Of a DNA stretch of 64,000 bases, positions 1 to 11,300 are shown piece after piece. Every line of letters starts with the position of its first letter. Positions within the stretch are counted from its first letter, which is position 1. The position numbers and the translations under genes are program-made. Origin of the DNA: Oopsacas minuta (taxonomy: Eukaryota; Animalia; Porifera); contig JAKMXF010000133.1 in assembly GCA_024704765.1 (NCBI GenBank), forward strand, positions 248,001 to 312,000, read 5' to 3'. The notes under the pieces were generated by a model, which worked only from the letters and a program-made list of their open reading frames with translations, ran no database searches and had not been told where the DNA came from.

Positions 1-3000
1 CTTATAAGGCAGCTAAAACAGCTCTGAATAATACGCTAGAGATGTCTAACTTGCAAGCACAAGCTATACACCACACTAACATGCTGGAGAAGACGAATAA
101 GCAGGTCAGATCTAATTCCTGCTTGATGCCACAATTGCTTGTGGCTCAACCACTTTGTATAGCCATATCTCCAACATTATAAGTCCGTATTAATAGCTTA
201 AGTTGCAAGTATGTAGGTCAGAGGGCCTTCTTCCCGAAAGATTCAGTCTCAGGACGATTCGTCATGCCATTAATACACTAATTTGTCCTTATAGGTTTTG
301 AAATATTTGAAAGAAGGAGCTCTTGTAGAAGACTTCGTTCTAGACAATATTCCCCGATTAATGAGTTGTCTAAGAGACTGTAACGTGACAATACGATGGC
401 TAATGTTACACACAGCTTATACACCTGAATGTGAGATAGCTGGTAGGTGTAAGAAGGTGAGAGAACAGCTGATCCAGGATTGTAGATATGATCCTACTAA
501 AGTATTTGAATTATTATTAAACACAGCTCAATTTGAGTTTGTGCTCTCTGAGATGTGTAAGAAATTATTGGATATGAAATATGAGATTTGGTTGAATGAT
601 AAAGATGAGTGTTCTTCTAGATTGAGAGAGCTTGGAGAGGTGAGTAATATATACATATATGGATATATAGTGTTATTACTGTAATACAAGTGTGTCCTCG
701 AGTAAACGCATACTTCCCAACTGTCCAGAAACGTGACAAAAACTGTAAACACTTTTTTCTTAGGTATTCTCAGGAGAGAAGCCCCTAACTCGTGTGGAGA
801 GGAACGACAACCTACAGGCCTGGTTCCAAGAGATGGCTAACCAAATAGATAAACTTAGCTATGAGGATAGTACATCAGCTGGTAGGAAGATAGTACAGCT
901 GATACAAGCTATGGAAGAGGTGTTAGAATTCCATCAACTGGAACAGAATCTACAGGTTAAACAGTTCCTCCTAGATGTCCAGAGATATCTCAAACATATG
1001 CTACGTACTATTAATATTAAAGGAGAGACCCTCGTAGTGTTAAAGATAGTATCTGACCTTTCTTATGCTTGGATTATTATAGATACTTATACTCCATTCA
1101 TGCAGGTATGTAGATTTTTGTGAGAACACCCTTGGGGTTACAACACATGTTCTTATAACCCGTATAATATACAGGAATATATGAGAACCGTTTTCCAGAA
1201 CATGGTGCTTATAACCGGCATCCACTGTACAATTGTTAGATAAGACGAACTATAATACTGTAGAACTTGGACATCTTATCCGAGTCCTACTGTATTTAGA
1301 ATATTTGTTTATATTTAAGTTTCTTAGGAAGGAATCAAGAAGAACCCTCAGCTTGTAATAAAGCTCCGTGCTACCTTCCTGAAGCTAGCTACAGCACTAG
1401 ACCTCCCTCTAGTCCGTATACTACAAGCTAATAGCTCAGATCTACAGTCTGTATCTAAATACTATTCATCTGAATTAGTGTCTTATGTAAGGAAAGTATT
1501 ACAGATTATACCAGAATCTATGTTTTTGAAATTAGCGGAAATTATAAATCTACAAACTGACAAGGTAAGTGGTACTTAAATATGCCACGTCACCACTATC
1601 TTAGCGACACTTTTCACACCTTTTAAGGTGAAAAATTATATATATATTTCTTGTACACATTTCAGATAAAAGAAGTCCCTACTCGATTGGATAAAGACAA
1701 AATTCGCGAATTCTCACAGTTAAACGAACGTTACCAAGTAGCAGAACTAACTCACTCAATATCCGTGTTTACTGAAGGAATCTTAATGATGAAAACTACA
1801 CTAGTTGGTATAATTAAAGTAGACCCAAAGCAGTTATTAGAAGATGGTATCCGTAAGGAATTAGTTAACAAAGTAGCACAAGCGTTACACTACGGTCTCG
1901 TGTTTAATTACAGAACTAGAGTAAGTGAATTGGAACCAAAATTGAAACAGCTCGCCTCAGATATGTCAGGTTTTCTACGTTCGTTTGAGTACATACAGGA
2001 TTATGTGAATATATACGGGCTTAGAATATGGCAGCAAGAAGTGTCCCGTATTATTAATTATAATGTAGAACAAGAGTGTAATAGGTATTTAAGGAAAAAG
2101 GTTATGGACTGGGAGTCTATCTATCAATCTCCTACTATACCTATCCCGAGGTTTAGACAGTATGACGGTGAGTCTTATAACTTTATTGGACGTCTGGCTA
2201 GAGAGATTATTCGTATAACTGATTACAAACATACTTGCTATGTACCGCAGATGCGTATTTGGTATGACAAGAAGACTCATGCCGAAATAGTGGGTGTGGG
2301 ACTGTGGGGGAGATTACTAGAATCTGTGGATACATTTGGACTTAGCGGATTGGACAGATTATACTGTTTTATGATCGTAAGGGAGCTACAGAAATTACAA
2401 ACTTTAGTAAACAGGAGGATGTTAGTGGATAAGACATTAATGAGTTTGGTTGGGAGTTTAGCTAAACCGCTAAACGAGGGGAGAGCTACACTGACAGACC
2501 CTCTTAAGGTCTACAATCAAGTTGTCAGTAGGACAGGGAAATATTGGTCTCAGTTCGCCGAGCATGTTATACGTGTAGGACAGATACAAATAATTCGACA
2601 GCAAATAGCACATGAGTTGAGAGCTGCTGGTAAATTTGATAGCAAGCTGTTAATGTCTTGTTTAGAGAACTTTAATAATCTCCTCTTATCTGATATACAA
2701 GCACATTACAAAGACCCTAGTAAACCATATCCGGGGGGTAATAATCCATTAATGTTTGAGCTAGCTTCTTACCTAGAAGCAGCAGGACTACACGATCCTT
2801 CTACCAAGATATATATCGCTACGATGCAGTTACAGAATTTATCACTTATAAAATTCCTACTTCTTTATACTCAGTTATCTAAATTAACATATTTCAGGAA
2901 GATAGGAGGGCTTGTGGCTAAAAAGCAATCAGAAGCGATTGATGGTCCCCCCTTCATAGCAGGGATGGTTACATTACTTAGACAATTCCATTCTGACGTC

Positions 3001-3213
3001 ACTGACGAGTTCTTACAATATACATGTCAGTATATACGGTCTCTTTTGTATGAAGAAATTTCTAAAGAAAAGATAGGAGAAGTGACCGATGAGATTGTAG
3101 TAGCTCTCACGTTTGTGGACGATTTCATGCGGACAGCTGGGTTATCTAGAGACAAAGTGCTTAATAGTATACCCACCTATCTGTTTGATGAATTTAGAAC
3201 ACTTGCTATCTGA
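1..3213 (+). CDS. WASHC5: WASH complex subunit 5 (strumpellin), 5' end outside window; exons <1-104, 295-639, 764-1105, 1328-1564, 1666-3213
   Basis: Spliced translation gives [12 protein letters not shown]...VLKYLKEG...[24 protein letters not shown]...QFEF...[27 protein letters not shown]...[30 protein letters not shown], matching strumpellin; all junctions GT-AG and phase-consistent. Confidence 0.95.
1120..1227. mobile_element. Partial family-A MITE in a WASHC5 intron
   Basis: Ends CTTATAACCGGCATCCACTG-TA and shares the CCCAAGGGT core with 17537-17603; left TIR not found. Confidence 0.5.
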
Positions 3214-3652
3214 TATATGAATATTTATTATATGTATATTTGTACTAGTTGTAAGCTAATTTAGCTAAATGATGAACTTCGTGGAAAGAAGGTAGAGAGT
3301 AAGTGATTACTTAATAAGTTCAAAGTTCTATTAAACAACATTATTATAGTTCAATCCCCCCAACAACAATCACGACAGAATATACTTACTGTCTCTTGTA
3401 ATTGTATTATCAGTGGTTACATACGTGTTATAGATGCTTACTTTTGCTAGCAGAATATCAAATTTTGTTATTCCCAATCTCTTTGGTAAGATACTATAGC
3501 TTAATGATTTTCACTGTAGGGTCATTACGTGTATTTATCTGCACGTGTATACTAATGATTCTTATTGTGACTCGAGGCTTGGCGAAAACAAATTCATAAT
3601 TGCTATCAATAATGTTAATATTAAAGTCACTGATAATGTTTGTCCCTAGCTT

Positions 3653-6397
3653 ATGCCTCGTCTTACAGTAGAAGTTATAACAGAATCTGAACAGTATGTA
3701 AATGCTGTGAAAGATAGAGAATTGAATTTGAGAGGTGAGGGCAGTAAACCTAAAATATTTGTATATCAGGATATAGTGGTTGCCGGATATAAGAACCATC
3801 TGGAAAACGGTTCTCATACTGTAAATTAACTTTATTCTCTTATTTAGCTAAGAAGATACCAGCTATTGAGAACCTAGGAGCAACGCTGGTGAGTTAATAG
3901 CTACAGTGCTAGCAAGAAGTTATGTGTTAAATTTTGAGTTGTAATAGGATCAATTCGACACGATAGATTTCTCAGATAATGACATATGTCGCTTAGACGG
4001 ATTTCCATTGCTAAAGAGATTGAAAACTCTAATTCTCAACAATAACAGAATATGGTACGTATATTTTTGAGGCTATACTAGCTCCCCCTCTTCCCCTGTT
4101 TATTCGTACTTGATGATATGCTTTATTTCTGTAGTCGTTTTGCTGAAGATCTCAATTTATCGCTTCCCAATCTGGACACAATAATTCTAACTAACAACAC
4201 AATGCAAGAACTGGTATGTATCGAATTTATGATATTTAATGACAGAAATACAAATGAATGAGATCGAAATAAAATATAATGACACACTACTAAATAGCAA
4301 TTGTGTAAGAAGAAAACAAAATGAGCAAATTGAGGAGATTTCTTTTTAAGCAGTCTGCACCAAATCAAGGAAGTTATGTAGCACTGATTTGTAGTTCAGT
4401 TTAGCCCGTATATTATCTGTAGCTTGCTGTCCGATAGAGAGGTTCAGGACTAATAATTCCTTGTCCTGCTGCTCAGTCTCGTTAGCTATAGGATTCACAG
4501 ATAGAGAAGATACGCCTACGGTAACATTCTCATGGTATGTGTGGTTGCTAGAGAGAATCTTATCTATGATAACTCCTTTCAATGCTAGTCTGTCTGGTTG
4601 ATTTACAACACTGCTCTGCCAATTGTTGAGTAGGATAGACAGATAATCGTTAGGGGAAGGAAGCATTAAGTGGAAGAGGACATCTCCTTCTGTTCCATCA
4701 AGACGTTTTAAAATATGAGATTTCCATTTGGCATTTATCGTGCTAGGTGTTGATAGCTTGAAGCAGAGATAATGATACCCCTTAGCTGTGTAGAGAGAGG
4801 AGTGTCTTACTACTTGTGTGGGGCTATTGAGGGGTGAGGTTAGAGTAACACAGACCCCCTTCATCTTAGGGAGGAAGGGAGGGACAGGTTCAAGTTTGGG
4901 AAGAATATTTTTGTTGGTTATGGCTGGATGTATAGCTCGTAATTGAGGGATGAAAATCCGTGGAAAACTAATCTTTGAAATTAGCATTGACGTAATTCTT
5001 GATTGATGTTGTATAGTATTGCACTTGTACGATACTCAGCGTATTTATACTATAGCTTCATAATGCGCTCTCATCCACATAACCTCAACATATTCAGTTT
5101 CACAAGCTTATTAGGACGTTATCGTGTTTATACTGTTACTTGTGTTAATATTTATCTACTTGATTACAACCAACTGTTTTATGTACGTAGCTCACTTCTA
5201 CGAATTTATTTGGTTTTACTTCTAGAAGGATATTTTGCCTTTGAAACCTCTGAAGAACTTGAGATGCCTCTGGTAAGTTAATACCCCTGTCTGTTAATGA
5301 AATTATAGTAGTATCTTTTAACAAATAATTAAACTCAAATTAATATTTTAGTTTCCTAAAGAACCCAGTTATCCACAAGCCTCACTACAGACAATACATT
5401 ATATATTATCTGCCACAAGTTAGACTGCTGGATTTTCGTAAGATAAGATTGAGGGTAAGACAGTGGTAGAGATTATTATTAAGTAGCTTGTATCGGCGTA
5501 TAGTGACGTCAGTTATATAGCTTGATTAATTATTATTTCCAGATTTAGCTGTTAAGTAGCTTTAATGAAGATAACAGGTGAGTAAACAAACAATGAATTG
5601 TACATGAGAATACTCCAGTATATCCATCCCTCAATATGCTACTATAGTATTCTATTTGTCTTCATTTTTGTGAGAACAGTTCATGACATTCTGCATGAAC
5701 ATTGTATCTGTTTATTGTTTTATATTTTGTGTGTACAAACTTGACAAAACTTTGCATTATCATGTTTTGTATAAATAGGAACGACAACAGGCTAACCAGA
5801 TATTTCAAGCCAGAAGGATAGACGTTTCAAAAGAAATTATTCCTGCAGTGGCAGTGCCAGTGCCAGTCTCGTAAGAAATTCGTATTAATTAACTAGTTAA
5901 CACCTTGATATATACGTATATTATGATAGTTATTGTTGTCATTACTTAGAACACCAGCAACTACGCCAAATACGAATGTAATTCAGAAGTCTGTTGATGA
6001 ATTGGAGAAAATAAGGGTTAGTTAGCAGATTTATTTATCATTGTTCCTCGCTGCCAATGGCTGTATGAACGCGTAGTCCCTGGGGCCTGGTACTCCCTAG
6101 GAAGGTGGATATTTCCCAAATATGTAAACTCAACAGGTCTCAATACATAAAAAATTAGTATGAGTTTAGTATAATTATTCCAATACTCTAGCTAATATAA
6201 TGATGTTGCAGTTTATATTTTTAGAAACTGATTTCTAAATTTAGAGTAATTAACCTAATAATCTGCTAGTATGATTCAATTCATTCAACGTAGCTCTATC
6301 TACTCCATAGGCAGCTATTGATCAAGCTAAGACTATAGAAGATATAAAAAGACTTGATAGCATGCTTGCTGGTGGAACAGATATTCCTGGATTTTAG
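3653..6397 (+). CDS. SNRPA1: U2 snRNP A' (LRR protein); exons 3653-3734, 3848-3888, 3948-4054, 4135-4213, 5226-5272, 5352-5454, 5779-5870, 5950-6016, 6311-6397. Not visible in the ORF track
   Basis: Manual splicing: MPRLTVEVITESEQYVNAVKDRELNLRAKKIPAIENLGATLDQFDTIDFSDNDICRLDGFPLLKRLKTLILNNNRI...KNPVIHKPHYRQYIIYYLPQVRLLDFRKIRLRERQQA...AAIDQAKTIEDIKRLDSMLAGG, collinear with U2A'; GT-AG junctions in phase. Confidence 0.93.
4346..4987 (-). CDS. 213-aa intronless protein nested antisense in SNRPA1 intron 4; possibly a divergent DUF829/TMEM53-like alpha/beta-fold protein with a mitochondrial-type N-terminus
   Basis: 642-bp ORF fills most of intron 4214-5225; motif spacing (VVRHSSLYTAKGY / VLFHLM / LKGVIIDK) recalls DUF829 (HLxKYxxLYxxxG / LFHxFSNGG / xGxIFDS); N-terminus is R/K/S-rich with no acidic residues. 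Confidence 0.6.
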   Translation of the reverse strand: MLISKISFPRIFIPQLRAIHPAITNKNILPKLEPVPPFLPKMKGVCVTLTSPLNSPTQVVRHSSLYTAKGYHYLCFKLSTPSTINAKWKSHILKRLDGTEGDVLFHLMLPSPNDYLSILLNNWQSSVVNQPDRLALKGVIIDKILSSNHTYHENVTVGVSSLSVNPIANETEQQDKELLVLNLSIGQQATDNIRAKLNYKSVLHNFLDLVQTA

Positions 6398-6676
6398 TTT
6401 TGAGATTTTCTCTACGTACATTGAATTGTCCAGCCTCTAACATGAACTATAGAGTTATGTTTTCACCAGTTACAGTTCGGTCTGTATAGTGTAACCTTCA
6501 TAAACGGGGAAGAGTGAATGAATAGAGCGAAGTCCCACACAAATGAACCTCCACAAACCGGGCAGCATTTTCGGCCTACCTGGCTCCCATTTGTGGAAGT
6601 TACACTCTATAATTTATCAAATATTTCCTTATTCATATTTGTTATTAGAATAGATTTAGATCTGGAGGCGACCGAA

Positions 6677-7777
6677 ATGATGATGTATGGAAGAAGGAGA
6701 AGGAGGTATAGGAACATAGATTGTCCTATTTGTACTGAGTCAGTGAGAGAATCTACCACTATCTCATTACCCTGTTGCAATAATCGAATCTGTAATAATT
6801 GTATGGAAGGATACTGCACTGAACAGATAAACGAGGGAATTTTCAAAATAGCATGTCCCTTCAATAAATGTGATAAAAAACTAAACCACGGACGAATTGT
6901 GAATAGTCTCACAGATCCCAAACAGAAGAAATTATTCGAGAAAATGATAATTGACTCAATGAGTGATCCACACCTCAAAACATGTCCCGGCTGTTCCAAG
7001 ACAGAACGAATTACAGACGAAGTTCTTACTGCTATCAACAAGAACAAGAGAGCATGGTTGACATCTAACAATTCTACTGTTAGTAATATAAAATGTGAGG
7101 AATGCAATCTCCAATGGTGTTTCAGTTGTCACGCGCCCTGGCATCAAGGCATGTCATGTTCTACATACAAAAAAGGCGATAAAGCATTCAATCAGTGGAT
7201 GAATTGGAGATCAGGTCAACCCATAAATGCACATTATTGCCCTAAATGTAAGATACCAATACAAAGAGCTAGCGGCTGTCCTAGCATGGTGTGTAGCTAC
7301 TGTAATGTGAGCTGGTGCTATGATTGTGGACAATCTAAAGCATGGGACAATACAGTACTCGGGCCTCATTATTCTAAATTAGCATTCAAAGGATGTCTTA
7401 CCTCCAGCTACCTTTACTTCAACAGTATACCCCTGACGTACTTAATTCGTACAGGTGCTCTCGCGTTTATGCTAGCTGGGTTTTTCATATTAGGATTGAT
7501 CATGGTATTAATCGGGGTACCAATCTTACCCCTCCTTCTCCTCGGAGGTTTTACGGTCATTCCAATATACGCAGTCCTTAGAAAACAGAAGCCTATATCT
7601 GGAAGAGCTCCCTACACTATTCTTAGTGACTGTCTAACATATACCACGAGGTTCGGAATGATATCACTCGTAATTAGCCTGTGTATCCTACTAGGTCCTA
7701 TTACAATGCTGAGTGGATGTACTTTAATACCTCTGATGTTGTATTACTCTAAAGTGTTTAAGGCAATTGTACGCTAG
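6677..7777 (+). CDS. RNF217: RBR (RING-IBR-RING) E3 ubiquitin ligase with C-terminal hydrophobic segments, RNF217-like
   Basis: RING1 CPIC...CCNNRICNNC...CP; IBR CPGC...CEECNLQWCFSCHAPWHQGMSC; YKKGDK; RING2 CPKCKIPIQRASGCPSMVCSYCNVSWCYDCG; ATG at 6677 chosen over the upstream in-frame start. Confidence 0.85.
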   Translation: MMMYGRRRRRYRNIDCPICTESVRESTTISLPCCNNRICNNCMEGYCTEQINEGIFKIACPFNKCDKKLNHGRIVNSLTDPKQKKLFEKMIIDSMSDPHLKTCPGCSKTERITDEVLTAINKNKRAWLTSNNSTVSNIKCEECNLQWCFSCHAPWHQGMSCSTYKKGDKAFNQWMNWRSGQPINAHYCPKCKIPIQRASGCPSMVCSYCNVSWCYDCGQSKAWDNTVLGPHYSKLAFKGCLTSSYLYFNSIPLTYLIRTGALAFMLAGFFILGLIMVLIGVPILPLLLLGGFTVIPIYAVLRKQKPISGRAPYTILSDCLTYTTRFGMISLVISLCILLGPITMLSGCTLIPLMLYYSKVFKAIVR

Positions 7778-7960
7778 TTCATATTGCGGATAGTGTTTGT
7801 ATGTTTTATGCTTATTTCAATATTTTCACATTATGCATGTCTCTATCTATCCTAATGCTGTGAAGTTCGCCTATTCTCAAGTTGTATTTTGCACGAATTT
7901 CCTTGCTATTAGGCGAACACCACAGCATTTCATAGCTATAAATATTTGTAATTAGTATTC

Positions 7961-8215
7961 ATGAGTCGATCAAACTCAGGTTTAAAATTCCTTAATGACA
8001 TCGGTCTTATTGAAGACGATGACGAATTTGATGAGTTCCCCTCCGAGAACTGGGATCAACGGGGTATAGACCAGGAGGACGACCAGCTCTGGCAGAATGA
8101 GTGGGACGCTAATGAACCACAGGACAGTTTCTTTTCTCAGCTTAGAGCTCAGCTGGAAAATATGGGACATAAGATATCACAGACTAATTCTCAAGAAGAT
8201 GAGAATATGAACTAA
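7961..8215 (+). CDS. SEM1: 26S proteasome subunit SEM1/DSS1
   Basis: GLIEDDDEFDEFP...W...LWQNEWD...DSFFSQLRAQLE is the DSS1 signature. Confidence 0.92.
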   Translation: MSRSNSGLKFLNDIGLIEDDDEFDEFPSENWDQRGIDQEDDQLWQNEWDANEPQDSFFSQLRAQLENMGHKISQTNSQEDENMN

Positions 8216-8351
8216 AGAGATTAAGTGTTACTGTTCATTAGATGAGTTATTAATATACTTTATTGTAGTATATATTGGCTTAGGGCTGTTGTAACACAAA
8301 ATTCATTAATTTCTAAGCTAGACATAGTAATTATCACTTGAATCCTACCTC

Positions 8352-11300
8352 TTAAGTTCTTCCTTTAAACTTGTAAAACTTTTCGAATTCCTCTCTCAGC
8401 TGTTTATAATAAGATCTCCCAGCTGTGTCAAGTTGTGCTTGAAGAGACAATAATGTCTCAGGTTTAGAGAATCCTATTAGCGCTAATATACAGGGAGTTA
8501 GTAATTTCTTAATTGTCTGTTTTTGTGGATATTCCTGTGCTGTAACTATATATTGATGTAGAACATGGTATGTGTAGTTAGAGAGAGCTGGGATAGAAGT
8601 ATAAGACTCTAGCAAACGAGGGAGAATTGATATTTCAATGTTATCAAGCTTAAACACGAACTTCACCAGTTCTTTCGTCAGTAGTAGGAATACAGGTATA
8701 CATGAGATAGTACTCTCAGGATAGTTGTGTAGAAGATTATGGAGAGATTTGCATTTGAACTGGAAGATGTTGTTTGGCGTCTCTTCAAACTTGTCCAGAG
8801 GTAATAAAGTGAGAGATGTTATACCTTGTACAACAGATCTATTGGATAATCCTATATGATTCGGTAGTGTAAATATTCCTGATAATAAGGATAGACAGAT
8901 GAAAGCATCATTTCTGTTTATTTCTCTGTCGGTAAGATAGTCTGTTAGTTTAGTCAGGATTCTGTGAAATGATTTTCTGATCTCCCCCCTGTGTGTGTCG
9001 GGTATGTTACCTTCTATTAGCCCACTTAAAAGGCGACAAAAGATCATAAACTCGATTTTATCAACCATCTCATCCAGGAAAGTTCTGAAATTATGTAGAT
9101 CAGAGCATGCAATCCATCCAACCATGAATTTCATACTCACAGCCCCAGATTCATCCATAGATTGTTTATTCAAAAACTTATCTATATCAATATCTACCGA
9201 GTAATTATGTTGTCTTAACGTATTTGCTATGGATGATAGAGCCTCTAGGCTTGAGCTGTCATTCACATTATGTTTAAGCAAGAGCTTTACTATTTGTCTT
9301 AGAATTAATTCAATTGCTTCAATTAATAGCTGAGTTGATTCTTGTTTTTTTGATAGAATTATATAACTCAGATTTACTGATATACTTCTCAATGCATTTC
9401 CCGTACAGCCATGTGTCCTGGTTATAATGTTAAGTAGAATTGGTGTAGTAACCTCGACAAGGTTATTAATAGCATTTCTCATTTTTTCACGCAAAAACCT
9501 AGGTTTGTTAACAATAGCATACGTTAGTTCATATTGCTGTAACGGTATTTCCAGTATATCAGCGCTCCATAGAGTTATAGTGTAATTTGTTAGTGATACG
9601 AATTGTTCGATATTTCTGTCAGAAAGAAAGATAGCAATCTCTGTGAATAATTCTAAACAGCTGATCTTGTTATCTCTGGAGATATTGTATGTGTATATTG
9701 TAAATTGGTCTAAGTTACATATATACTCTTCTACTTGGTTTCTCTCATATTTTAGCATCTTGCCATTCACTCCATGTAGTAATCTCACACAATACTCGAG
9801 TGTTATCTCAATTATCTCTCTATCAGCTACCGAGATGATCAGGACCTCTAAACCAAGGAATAGACACAGTTTAAGTTGCACAGATATCTGATTTAATGGA
9901 ATAATATCTAACGGACAGAGGAGATCTCTCTCAATTTGTGAATCTATATTTCTTCTGTTCTTTGTATGAGAAGTTAGTATAGAGTTAATTTCTCGTATAA
10001 TTGTATGGAAATCATTCTCTCTGCATTGAATCAGGTTTGTATAGAATTCTATGATTAATCCTATTAGAAGAGTATTCGTGTTTATCCGTTGGAATACTCG
10101 AATCATACAGCCATAACATATATACGAGTGTAATAGAGGCAGCTCCTTGAATTGAGGAGAATATAACACATTCCTTAGTGTATTATCAGTTGCTAATGAG
10201 TCAAGAATCCGCTCTGAAATAGCTAATAATGCTTGAGGAGAGAGTTTGTGTAGATACTGCCAGGAATATTGGAGAATTGTCACTAGAATTTCATTTTCAT
10301 TTTTATGTGTAAGAATTTGTTCTATTGCTAAAGAGAGATTTTCTATTACATTGTCAGGTGGAATATTAAAGATGTTAGCTTCATGGTAACGAGACAGGGT
10401 TATAAGAATGTTCATTTGGAGTATCTCAATTCTCTTCAACATTTCTTCACTGAATTTGCTAGCAATATTTCTCCATTCGCTGCTCCATACTATTGGAATA
10501 ATAAACCAGTTTATTTGCACTATTTCTAGTACTTTTAGAGATGAAATCGAATCTTTTGAGAATGATAACATTCCTAATTGAAGTGAAACTAACACGAATG
10601 CATCCAGGAGATTGAAATAACAGAATACACCTGGTAACGAAGAGGGAGTATAGGTATTTAATAGCGAATGTAGCCGATTAATAATCTCTAGGAATGTGTT
10701 CTTGTGTGTTTGTGTAGTATTGAGATCTCTTATTGGAGACACAGCAAGGATATGACAAAACAAACTAGATAGAATAACAAATGGATTATTCTCTATATCA
10801 GTTAATAATATTTCTAGACATTTATTAGAGGTGTTAAGCGAATTTATCGCAAAATATTTCTGAGTTATTTTCTTGATTTCAACCATAGGCCGCAGCAAGG
10901 CCTGATCCAGCTCGTTTGCAGCTGCTATAATAATCTGTATTAATTTGTCTAATTGGTTTAGCCTGGAGTATATCTCGAATAAACTGTCCAGTAGTTTCAT
11001 CTCGTATACGTCTGTTGAGAATATATTTACGAATATTTCTTGTAGTTTAACTTCTACTATTTTGTGATTTATCTTCTGTATGTTTGTAATACATAGAGAT
11101 GTGTATTTTGGGTATACGGTGTATAGAGGGATCAGTTTATTAAGGATATCTGAAAAGGTGTAGAATTCTGCGGATTCGAGCTCAGGGTCGTTAGGGAATA
11201 CTCGTAAATGAGATTCTAACTGTTCTATAATTATCGATAAACATTCAAATCTTGAGGTTATAAGAGGTAGAGTTTTGTAGGTTGGAGAGTTCAATTGTAG

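Noticed and set aside
6090-6140. U1 snRNA-like fragment (GAAGGTGG...TTTCCCAAAT..AAACTC)
   Set aside because: No ATACTTACCTG 5' end, no Sm site and no U1A loop; similarity is short and patchy.
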